NCBI GenBank assembly: GCA_051294375.1
Contig: CM119263.1
Span: 31,132,949 to 31,196,948 of the forward strand
From: Paraspadella gotoi
Lineage: Eukaryota; Animalia; Chaetognatha
Length of the DNA: 64,000 nucleotides
Reading direction: 5' to 3'
The notes under the pieces are model-generated. The model was not told the origin of the DNA. It saw nothing but the letters and a program-made list of their open reading frames with translations, and ran no database searches. Position 1 is the stretch's first letter; the number at the start of each line of letters is the position of its first letter. Of this stretch, positions 24,601 to 36,700 are shown one piece after another. Position numbers and translations under genes: made by a program.

Positions 24601-26218
24601 TCTCTTGGTTGGCCAACATCGCCATCTTTATTGGATTCTCTTCCGTCTTTTTCTTCTTCTTCGTCGATTTCGCGGGTAAAACGTCGTCGTCGTTGTTGTT
24701 GTTTCATTTAGTTAATTATACAATTTCATAATCGTTTTTAACGTTAGTGAAAGAAGCGGATAAAGAGATTAGGGTTGTTGGTCGCAGCCAGCGATTTCGT
24801 GAAAAGGAAAAGATGACCCGATTCTCTGGTTTTTAAACTTATTATTTTAAAAGACGTGGAAAATATGGTTCCAGTAAAAGCTTCTTTGATTGGTAATTTG
24901 AAACAGTTGTGTTGTGAGTTGTTCAGCTTTAACGGTCCAGATATTTCGTCTTACATTTTACATTCTCACATTCTTTACATTCTCTGTTGAGGCGTGGCGT
25001 CGGACATTGTCCTCGTCAATCTTAAGACTCTTCCTCTCTTCGTCGGCGCCACCAGCTCCGCCTACGAAGGAATCGGAACCATTATTCCCATCGAGAGCTC
25101 CATGCAGGTTCTTGGTGTAGATTGGCCACAAAAAGAACGACAGATTTCGATTATAATTAAAAATAGTCTTTTAAATATAAATTTAAATCTAAATTCCAGG
25201 GCAACCGGCATCGCTTCCGTTGTTTCCTTTATCTTGCCATCTTCTTGGTCACCATCATTCTCGGCGGGTTCGGCATCACGGGCTACTTCAGTTACGGCAG
25301 CAGCGTCGAACAAGTCATCACCAAGAACTTACCTTCTGATCTTCACATCGTCAAGTTGCTCAGCGTTACACTCTGCATCGGAATTTCTTTCACATATCCG
25401 CTTCAAGTGAGAGAGAGAGAGAAACGTTAAGGCTGTGAATAATTAATCATTAAAACGGTAATAGTTTTTTCTTAAGATTATTATTATGGATTAATAATAA
25501 ATATTTTAATAAATATATAAATCTTAACTCTTTTTCCCATTCACGCAGATGTTCCCCATCATCGAGACGCTAGAGCCTCTTTTCTTTGGCTCGAGATGTT
25601 GTTCCTCCTCCAACAAATCCTGGTCATATTCCGACTCCAAGACTCCGCTGCTCGACGAAAACGACGACCTCTTCGAGGACGGCGATCAAAAACTCGAGGT
25701 CTGACGGATATTTAATATTTAATTCGAAACGTTATTTCCAAAGTTTGCGCTCTTCAATATAATTTGCATATTGATTTAGTCAAGAGCCGATAGATCTTCA
25801 TTCTGTTTTTACTCAAGTTTAAGAAGATTCTCCCCTAAACTAGTTACAAATTGTAATTATTATAGATAATTATTAAAAGATTATCCTCAACTCCATTTCG
25901 ATTAACCAGGTTTCTAAATCAATCGCGACTTGGAAGCGCAACCTCTTTCGCGCCTTCGTGGTGGCAGTCACGGCTTTCTTCGCCATGTTCCTTAAAAACT
26001 ATTTCTTCTACGTCTCCGCTCTTCTCGGTTCCGTGGGCTCCATCGTCCTCGCCTACATCCTTCCCTGTTTCTTTCACCTCTGCCTCGGCAAGGGGCGTCT
26101 CTCTTGGGCCGTCGTTGTCAAGGACGTCGCCATTATCTTCATCGGGATGGTCACGGGAGGATTGGGCCTCTACTCTGTCATTAACACCTTTTTGGACAAC
26201 CCGCACGGATTTGTGTGA
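21629..26218 (+). CDS. Amino acid transporter, AAAP / SLC36 (PAT)-like, with a large Ser/Thr-rich insertion
   Basis: NVFKAFIGSNYLGMPYAFVQSG, TQLGFCVNYFIFV, SAYEGIGTIIPIESSM, GYFSYG, FTYPLQMFP, LLGSVGSIVLAYILPCFFH over multiple GT-AG exons; stop TGA ends at 26218. Confidence 0.9.
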
Positions 26219-27759
26219 AGAAGAACTTTTCGGCCAAACTGCACAAATTCATGATAAAGACCTTTTAAGACAACCCGCACGAATTTGTGTGCCCAAGACC
26301 TTTTTGGACAACCCGCACGTATTCGTGTGAATGAAACTAACTGCTACTTACTAAAAGCCTCGCCGCAAAAATTTCGCTTGTGTATATTGTGCAATGTTGC
26401 AATATTGTGCAATTGTCCTTAATTTTTAAACTGGGAAAAAGTTTATTAATATTATTATTATTAATTCTGCACTGGGTCGCGTCCGTTCCGAGAAGCCTTC
26501 GCGCTATTGCGTGAGGGGAAATTGGACGGACTGGAATTGCCTCATCTTTTTGTACCCCATTTATGATTTTTTTTTTCAAAATGCACTCGATCATGTTGCG
26601 TGATTGATATTCTAGCTTAAATTAACGATATTTTCGTACGATCGACGTTGCAGTTCTGGTCAACTGCCCCGTTGTTAATCCTTTATAAGGAAAAAAAAAA
26701 TACATGTTTGTTTGTTAGTTGTTATATTTCCACGCCACCGTTTTGATCCAAAAAAGTTTTAGAATGCTATCATATATTTATATATAACGTTCTAAACGGC
26801 ACATTTATTGTGATCCGTCTGTTCCACCGGGCGCCATGGTATAATTTGGGTTAATTGATGCCACTTCCTTCACAGATGTAAATTGTGATTTCATCGTCGT
26901 TGGAGACGAATTAGTGAGGACAATCCCAAACTCGAGAAAGAAAATAATTTGCTGCTGCGATTGTGAAGGACGACGATTCACTGGGCTTGCTTTCTTTCTT
27001 GGCCGCCATCATCGCTCACTCTCACTGACTCTCCCGACACCGTTAGGACTCTGGGTTTTAAAAGCCGACGACACATGATCGTTATTCACTTATGCCATTT
27101 AATGCAACGTAAGGCCATAAGTTATGGCCTTACGTTGCATTAAATTTATTTTGTTTGCCATCTCTTTTAAGTCACTTTGGACATTTCAGTGACTTTTTAT
27201 AAGACTAATGATTTTCCTGTTACTCTTTATCATTTATTAACCCGTTTTCTTTCACGTTTTCCTTCGCATTAAATCTTTCACTTATGATGTATGAGATAGA
27301 TTCTTAAAATAATACTAAATGAGAATGAGATTTTATCAACCTCATTTGTATATAGTAGTAAATCATTTTAAGTCCAATTTATTTTTGTATTCCTACAATG
27401 ATATGTCATAAGTAATGATAATTCGATCTCCAAAATATCCGTGTTTCTTTTGTTCCGATTTTTTGTCTCCGAAGTTTGAGACTGAGCATCGATAGAGGGA
27501 GACGGACGAAGCCAAAGAATCAAAGCCAAAGCAAAGGAGGCGGACCTTAGTTTTATCTCTTTCTTTTCTCTTTCTTTTGAATTACAGCCGTGGTTTACAC
27601 AGCGAAATTTTCTGGAGGGGTTGATGGTTTGTTCCCTCAGGAGAAAGGATTTTTTCGCCCAATTTAATCCAAATTTAATAATTTTACATTCGCTCATCTC
27701 TACCAGATTAGATTTTTAAATTAATTCCATGAACAACAACAAAAAATATAATTATTTCC

Positions 27760-30700
27760 ATGGAAACTGAGACGAACGGAGATTCGGGCGGATTCGAAGA
27801 GTACGGCGGCGGCGACAGCGGCGGCGGCGGCGACGACGGCTGGGGCTGGCGGGGTCGAGGCGGATTTAGAGGCGGACCGCCCAGGTTAGATTTTTGAGTC
27901 GTGTTGGTTTTTATTTATTTTTATAATTCTCTTTTCAATTCGTTGAATAAATAAGCTATCTTGCCCATGACTGGATACTGGACCGGCACTAATAGGATAA
28001 GGCCTCCGTCCCTCTTACGAGTTAATTACATAATCACTCCCAGAGCGCTTGGCTTCCCGATAAATGAAGTGGTATTATGGCACAGCCGAGTTGCCTGTGA
28101 TGCCCATTGGGATGGGGCATGTCACTGTTGGCTTTGGGGGCTTCCGACCCTCAGTGACGCCTCCTGTCACTGGCACGGTTACCCTAGGACGGTCTTGCTT
28201 TGCCAACGTGTTGGTTGGCGGATTCTGCGGTGAGGCTGTATTACACCAGCTTAATGGCAAATAATAACGGTGCTCTAAAAGACCTGAATTAGAAACGAAT
28301 AAAATGAACAATCAATATTTATAATAATGAGTACGGAAACGTTTATTTATATGAGTCTTTAATGAGTTCAAAAGAGTCTTTGGTGGATCCGCGAAAGTCC
28401 TCGGCGATTCGCACGAGTTTCGCTCCTACAAACGCAGAGGGACAAGTAGGACAACTCAATAAAAATTAATTATTAATTCAATAGTTTAATTTAAATGGCA
28501 GGGGTTTCGATCGCGGACGCGGATTCCGTCCTTCATTCGATCGCGGTCGAGGTTTCGATCGAGGAAGAGGAGGAGGAGGAATGTGGCGAGGAAGAGGATT
28601 TCCTCCGAGGCCCGGGTTCGATCCCAGTTTCGGTCCACCCATGGGACCACCTGGACCCATGGTAAGAGACTTGTTCTTTTTAAAGATTTAATATTAATTA
28701 ATTAAAACTTCTTTTTTTTTTCACAGCCCCCGCGTTTCGGCGGCCCTATGGGTCCTCCCGGTCCTTGGGGTCCTGGACCCGGATGGAACGGACCCCCCGG
28801 AGGCGGCGGAGGCGGATCGATGGGCGGATCTGGCGGTGGAAGCGGCGGCAGCAACGCCTTGCAAGATTTGATGGCCTTGGGCGACGTTTGGGTGGAGAAC
28901 GCCGCTGCTGAAGGAAAGGTAATGTTATGTTTTAATGTTGAAAGGTGAAGGTTTGTGGACCGTTACCATCATTGGCCATCAAATTTAGGTCTTATCCCTT
29001 TGCTCTCAATCTTTATCCTTTGGCTCTCAATTGTCTCAATATCATATTCTCTATTTCCTTTATTCTCCCAAGTCCTACTACTACAACTTGAAGACCCGCG
29101 AAACGACTTGGACTAAACCCGAAGATGTGAAGATCATCTCTCAGTCCGAAGTGGAGACTCTCTCCAACACTCCGTCGGCGGGCGGCGGCGGCGACGCCGA
29201 CGACCAGAACGGCGACTCGTCGTCGAGTAAAGAAGCAACGGCGCCCAACAGTCGAGAGGAATCTTCATCGCCGGCGCCCGGCACAGGAGAGGACGGGATG
29301 CCGACCGGGCCTCCGCCGCCCTGGGCCATGAACAGCGGGCCTTGGGGAATGCGCCCCGGGATGGGACCTCCACCCGGCATGATGGGACCAGGACCCGGCG
29401 GTCCCATGGGTCCGCCGGGTTTGATGGGTCCCGGTCCCGGCATGGCTCCTCCCTGGGGTCCGCCGATGGGCGGGCCGATGCTGCCCCAACCGCCTCCCGA
29501 GGTCTCCGAATGGTCGGAGCACAAGAATCCGGAGGGGAAGTCTTACTTTTACAATTCGCGGACGCAGGAGTCGGTTTGGGAGAAACCTCAGGTCAGTCCT
29601 CGTGGCCTTTACTATTGCTTTGGAATTATTAAGGCTCATTGGCTAAATCTCTCTCATGGTGTTTAACAGATTTTGCTCGACTGGGACGAAAAAGTGAGGA
29701 AAATTATGGAGGGTGGAGGCAAAGAAGGTAAGGAGATAAATATATTTAGATTATATGTCACCTTAACTAACATATAATATATTGGTTGTTTAATATAATA
29801 TAATAATATAATATATTGGTTGTACCAATTTCATATAAATTGGATTCCTTTTTTTTATTTCTTCCCTTTTTCCAGAGTTTGAACCTCCCGAGGATCCCGA
29901 GGTTGCGAAGAAAGAGGCTGAAGCCAAACGCCTCCTCGAACTGCAGAAGGCGGCGCAGGCAGCCAAAGCCGCCGCCGAAGCCCGCATGGCCAAGGAGGAA
30001 GAAGAGAAGGCGGCGCAGGCGGCGGCGCAGGCGGCGGCCGACGCGAAGAAGAAAGAGATCGACCGAAGCAAGCCCGTCTCCAGCACGCCCGTTCCCGGAT
30101 CTCCCTGGTGCGTCGTCTGGACCGGAGACGGTAGGGTCTTTTTCTACAACCCCAGCCAGCGTCTCTCGCTCTGGGAGACGCCCAAGGACTTCGAAGGCCG
30201 CGCCGACGTGGAGAAGCTCATCTCAATCCCGCCCGTGCTGGACGAGAACGGGAAGGTCATTCGTGGACCAGGAGACACGCCCATTCCGGGACAGCCTAGT
30301 GAGTGAAGAGAGGGATTGAAATAATATTGTTAAAGAAAAATCATTATTTTAAATCTCTGATTAAATCTACAGATCAATCTCCCGTCGGAAGCTCCAACTC
30401 TGAAACGGCCAAATTAAACTCCTCCTCCGCGAACGAAGAAGAAAAAAAGAAATCCTACGCGGCGTCGTCTGCTTCTTCCGACGGTTCGTTTTAACTCTTC
30501 TTTCTCCTTCCTCCTCCTTCTTTCTCCGACGGTTTGTTTTAAGTGTTTTAACTCTTCTTTATCCTTCTTTCTCCGACGGTTCATTTTAACTCTTCTTTCT
30601 CCTTCCTCCTCCTTCTTTCTCCGACTGTTCGTTTCAACTCTTCTTTCTCCTTCTTCCTCCTTCTTTCTCCGACAGTTCGTTTCAACTCTTCTTTCTCCTT

Positions 30701-33700
30701 CTTTCTCCAACGGTTTGTTTCAACTCTTCTTTCTCCTTCTTTTTCCTTCTTTATCCAACGGTTTGTTTCTACTCTTCTTTCTCCTTTCTTTGACGGTTTG
30801 TTTCAACTTTTTTTTCTCCTTCTTTCTCCAACGGTTCATTTCAACTTCTTTCTCCTTCTTTCTCCGACGGTTCGTTTCAACTCTTCTTTCTCCGACGGTT
30901 CGTTTCAACTCTTCTTTCTCCTTCTTTTACTCGTTGACCGGCAACGTTGGGTTTAACTTAGTTTTAATGTGTGGTTTTAGCATTATACTTAATACAAATG
31001 TTACAAGTTACATGATCTTGTCTAATAAAGTAAGAATTTTAGAGCCTATGAGAAGGAAAAACTTTTGGAAGGTCAGCTCTAATAATGTTAAATTTAATCT
31101 TATTAATAATTTAATATTATCTTACTAGCTTTTTAAATAATGATCATCATTACCGAATGCTGGAAATTAATAATACTTTCCAATGAAACAATACGTATAG
31201 GGAAGAAAAAACAATGTTTTTTTGAATATTACCTTAACAACCCTTAACCCTAACCTTAATTGTTGGACTTAAACTCTCGTCGTAATCCGTCGATCTTATT
31301 TACCTTTTGTAAAGTCTTTTAAAATATAAACAATCGATATTTGTTTACAAACAATACAGTTCATTGTTATTTTAATGCTTTGTTCAATAATGATTCCATT
31401 CGTTACAGATCGCATTAATATTAATTAGGGTTTATATGGTTTGTTTATGGTTTATGGTTTGTTGTTTGGAGTTTATTATTACAGTTTTATGTTATTTGAA
31501 TAGTGGCAAAGCCGAGCTTACCTGAGAGGTCTTTATTTATTGATTCATCACCGATGCTTGTTTCTGCTTACCTCTAGATTTGATCTTACATGCGTTATAG
31601 ATACTCTCAGAAGGGTGAGCAAGAGACGGAAAACCCCGCTCATCATAATTACCTATAACTACCCACCCCTAACCATAACCACCCCTAGCCCTAACCTCCC
31701 CTTGACCTAACCTCCCCTAGCCCTAACCTCCCCTAACCTTAACCGATCTTTACCGGGGTTTGATACTACAAAGAAAAAAGGGTCGGTTCCCGTCGGTGAA
31801 AGTAAAATAGTGCCCTGACTATTCTCACCATTTTTTTATTAACAACAAAAACGATATTAACATAATTCAAAAACAGTAATGCTATAACAGTAACAGTAAC
31901 GCAGTAACAGTAACACTATCAACACTCAAACATGATTCAAACGATATTAACACAATTGAATACAAAAACAGTAACGGCATCAATAACAACGTAAAAAGAC
32001 TGGAATTGTATCTGCCAACTAATATTTTTTTCAAGTTATGACCTAATTCATAAGAAAATATAAAAAATAACGTTCAAGAACGTTCAAGAATCAAATGTCA
32101 AAATCATAAAAACCAGAAACAGTAAAAAACCGAAAAATGTCAAGTATAAAAAGAAAGCAACGTTAATAAAACGTTCAAAATAATGCGTAAAAACAAAAAT
32201 ATGAAAACAAAAACAAAAAATATAAAACAAACGAAAAACATGAAAACAAAGACAAAAGAAAACTAAAACGTTATAAAAACGTTAAAAGTGTTTAATGCGT
32301 AAACAGTCAAGGATTTTTTTAAAGCATAAATTGTGATAAAATATGTTATGAAAAGGTCAGTCATTTAGAGATAATTTTCCATCTTCAAAGTCATTATTGT
32401 TCTCACAAATTATCACCAAATTATCTATGAATTAGACTACTAAACAAAATTGAAAAACAAGGTTAAACCCAAAGTAGTCGAAACATTGAAAGAGAACATA
32501 AACCAATGGTCCTTAGAATAATTTACTACTAAATGTAAATAAGATTGATGAACTCGATCTCATTTAATAAGATAGTAAGAAACTATTTAGAATTTATTCT
32601 AGATTTTGGACACTTTCCTTGCCTTTCCCATTCAGAGGACGAACCCCAGGCTAAACGCACCAAGACCGAGGCGGTGGCGGCGGCGGCGGTGACAACGACG
32701 GCGGACGAGGACGACAGTCAAGACAGCGGAAGTCAGGATCGATTCGAGGAGAAACTTCCCGAGAAGATCGACCTGGGAAAAGAGTCGGCCATCGAGGCGG
32801 AAGTCTTGGCCGCCAGACAACGCGCCATCATCCCATTGGAGGAGAGGATGAAAGAGTTCAGGGGAATGCTCTCCGAAAAAGAGGTGGGGGTAATAGGAGG
32901 GTGGGGAGAAGGAGTTGGGGGAAATGGTGCTATGGAGTGGTATAAGATATGGCGCTCAGTGGGAAAGGTAGCGGCGAAGTGGAGAAATGGACGTGGCTCT
33001 CTCTCTATAATCTTCATCTATCCTCATCTCTTTCCAATCTCCATCTCTTCTCGTCTTTTTCCAACTCTCTTCATCTCTCTCCATCTCTCCTCTCAGGTCT
33101 CCGCGTTTTCGACTTGGGAAAAGGAACTTCACAAGATCGTCTTCGATCCTCGATATTTGATGTTAACTTCGAAGGAGAGGAAATCCGTGAGTCGCTTTTC
33201 AGTTTAAACCTAATAATAAATGTTTAACTTTAAGTCGTGAGATAATTGACTAATTTAATCGTTTGTTCAGGTCTTCGAAAAGTACGTGAAGGAGCGGGCG
33301 GAGGAAGAACGACGCGAACGAAGGAACAAACTGAAGGCGATCAAGGAAGGATATCAGGCTCTTTTGGAGGAGGCGGGGCTGACGACCAAGTGAGAAATTG
33401 GACGAGATGGAAAGATTGCATTTTCTTTTAAATAAATACCAAAAACGTTTTTTTTTTTCAAAATTAAGATAAGCAAACAGTTGTGCAGTTTAAAGAGCTG
33501 ACAAATTTTCTTCATATTTTTTTCCCTTTTTTTTTTATTAATCCCAAAAGCAGTATTAACATAATGAAAAACAGTGAAGTTGTAAAAAGCCTTTAATTAA
33601 TCAGATGAACCCAAGTATCTGAGCTCGCTAATGCAAAGCCAATAGACAATAAGTCTTTTATTACGTACACATGAAGGTTTTTCTTAACTAGAGAATAAAG

Positions 33701-36700
33701 CGTAGTAAAAATTCTAAATTTAACTTTAATTAAAATTCTAAAAGTGAGGAACGAACAACATTAACTAATAAACATTTATGTATATAAAAATTTTATAATT
33801 AATATTACAATTTACACAGTAAGCCATATTTATACTAGTACTACTCCAATAAATGTTAAAATTTCAAAATAGTTTTTTGTAAGATTTTTTTACAGATTTG
33901 GATTTGTCATGAAAAGTTGTTTTGCACATAAGTGGCGTCGGCGTCCAATTTATATACAGCTTCTCATCATCGAGGTCCTTGAAATTGGGTTAGGATATTT
34001 ATTAAATACGTTTTGTTTCTTTTTTATCAAAACAAACAAATTTCCTCCATTTTTATTTTTATGTCTCCTTCTCTCTCTCTTTTCTCTTTTTAATTATATG
34101 TAGCTCTCTCTCTTTTCCCCAGTCGCTGATTCATCGGGGAAAAAAACGAGTCTGCAGCTGCTTCTGCTGATTCGAAAACGATTTGGGCTCTGCAGGGGCT
34201 TTTCTTTTTCTCTCTTTTCTCCTGCTGCTTCTGCTGCTGCTTTTTTATTTTTTTTTCTGGCTGCCTCTGATGCTGCTGCTGCTGCTGATTCGTCCGAAAA
34301 CCATTTGGCTTCTCTCTCTTTCTTTTTCTCTCTCTCTCTCTCTGCGTTTTTATTTAAAAAAAAATGAATTAGGATTGAACTCGTAAAATTAGGCATCGCA
34401 TTCGTGCATGTTATCATTTTGCTATCGCAACATCGGCTTTTTATTTCGTTCTTCTCGTCACTCTCTCTTTATTTTTATTTTTCTTTTTTTCCTTTTTATC
34501 CTTTTTATTCTTTCTATTCTTTCTTTCCTTTCTATTGTTTCTTTCCTTTCTATTCTTTTTTTCCTTTCTATTTTTTTTTCTTTTCTATTCTTTCTTTCCT
34601 TTCTATTTTTTCTTTCCTTTCTATTTTTTCTTTTCTTTCTATTTTTTCTTTTCTTTCTATTTTTTCTTTCCTTTCTATTTTTTCTTTCCTTTCTATTTTT
34701 TTTTCTTCTTTTTCTTTCTGTTTATAAATTAATTTTCTTTTCTCAAATTAGAATTTTTTTAGTATTAAAATTTGTCGTCAATACAGATTTTTCTTATGCG
34801 ATTGCGACGATCCTATGCTTTTAAGATTTTTTAAAAATTCTTTCAATAAGTTGATCAAATATAAAAAACCTATATTTTAAGAAGAAAATTAAAATTGTAT
34901 ATATTTAATATAGTTTTTTTAATTTTTAACCCACTTATTGAAAGAATTTTTAAAAAATGATTTTTTTTTATCAACTTTTGACGAGGAATTCAAATCTGCA
35001 ATCAAAATTAAGAAAAGCCTATTTGGAAATTTTTCGATTTTATAAGGATAGTACTATATATAAATATAGCCTACTGCGAAAATTGAAGAACAAAAAATTA
35101 ATTTCTTTTACAAATTAATGTTCACTGATGGTATTTCGTTCATAATTGACATTTTGAATTTTCGTATGTAACTTTCACTACGCTCTACTAGAGAAATACT
35201 TCCATTTGAAAAACCGCAAAGCTTCAAAGAAATATTTAAATTATATATGAAAAACAAAATCTAATCAAAAGATATGTAAAATAACCTATATTGCTACAAT
35301 ATGCAAATGAGATTAAGAAACTCAATTTCTTTTGAAATAAACCGAAAGAAATTCTCGTTACTTCAGGTCGATGTTCTCTGAGTTCTCCGCCAAACATGGG
35401 AAGGACGAGAGATTCAAAGCCGTAGAGAAAATGAGAGATCGAGAGACTTACTTCCAGGACTTCGTCGCTGATATGAGGAAGAAGGAGAAAGAAGAGAAGG
35501 CGAAGGAGAAAGAAAAGGTAAGGACGATCATTCTTCGCTTTTGTTGTCATGATGATGATGATGATGATGATTATATTTAAAAAAAGAGAATCGTTTTGGT
35601 TCGTTTAATGACGTGCGAAAATATGACTGGAAGTCGAATTTGGTGTTTCTCCTTTAGCCGAGGAATTACTATGAGCAAACATTGTATAACATGTGTATAT
35701 CTAAACTACCCCTAGTAGTTGGGGTTTTAAACTTGATCGAAATGGATGTAACGTAAACGTCGAAATGGATGGTCATTTGCGGGAGTCAAGCGTCAATCAA
35801 ATCCGAAACCTCATCTATATTTTAATCAAGTGAAATAAAAAGTAGCCTCTCACTTTTCGGCCAATCGCAATGCAGCGTCATTGTGAAGGTTTGATTTTTT
35901 TAGTTATTTTACTGCTATTCGAAATAATTGTAATAATTCTGTTAGAAATTTCGTCATTCACTTGCTATTTGTTTTCTTAGGAAAAAACACGAGGCCCACT
36001 GTGAGGCTTCTCGTGTGCGGGCCCTCGGTGGCCCGTGTTAGGAAATGTTTTGAAAATTAATTTATGATTACGCAAAAATTTAATGTGTATCTTAGATTAT
36101 CGTGTTTTAGATTTTTTATATCTATTGATTTTTATCGACTGTAATCAATTTTGTTGTTTGAAGCATCTATTTTAAGACGATACATTGTGAAATTTATTTT
36201 TGGATTTGTGAATGTAATCGCTCACGAGATTTTTACGATTAATTATTAGTTAAATGTAGTCCCTTTTTAAACGCTCCGTCTCATTGTAAAGCCAAGGCCC
36301 TCAGAGGCCTAGCTATATTGACGAGCACTTGTTGCAACTACAATACCATTTCCATTGAGGAAAACTTTTCGATTTTTTTCTGATTTCGTAGCTCCATCGT
36401 TATCCCAGCGGCCCTCAGTGGCTCGGGTCAAGATGGCCTATCTCTGTATACTAGTTGTGGAGGTAAGCTGCCTAGTAATTTAACGCAATCAATTTCAAAC
36501 CGGTGGATTTTTAATCATTGTTAACTAAACAACGGAAATTAGTTAATATTTAGAAATATTTTTACTAAGCTAATTTAAATAGATGATCAACTTAATGATA
36601 TTCACTATCCATCTATTGAAAATGACTGCCGAGTACAAATAATTAAAAAGAAGAAAAAAGCAGCGAATGAAATTAAATCTGCTCCGTTTTCTATATTCTT

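Noticed and set aside
30480-30930. CRISPR-like array
   Set aside because: Eukaryotic intron; degenerate units without unique spacers; no cas genes.
34404-34824. Phe/Leu/Ser-rich ORFs resembling membrane proteins
   Set aside because: Translation of a pyrimidine tandem repeat inside a TCERG1 intron.
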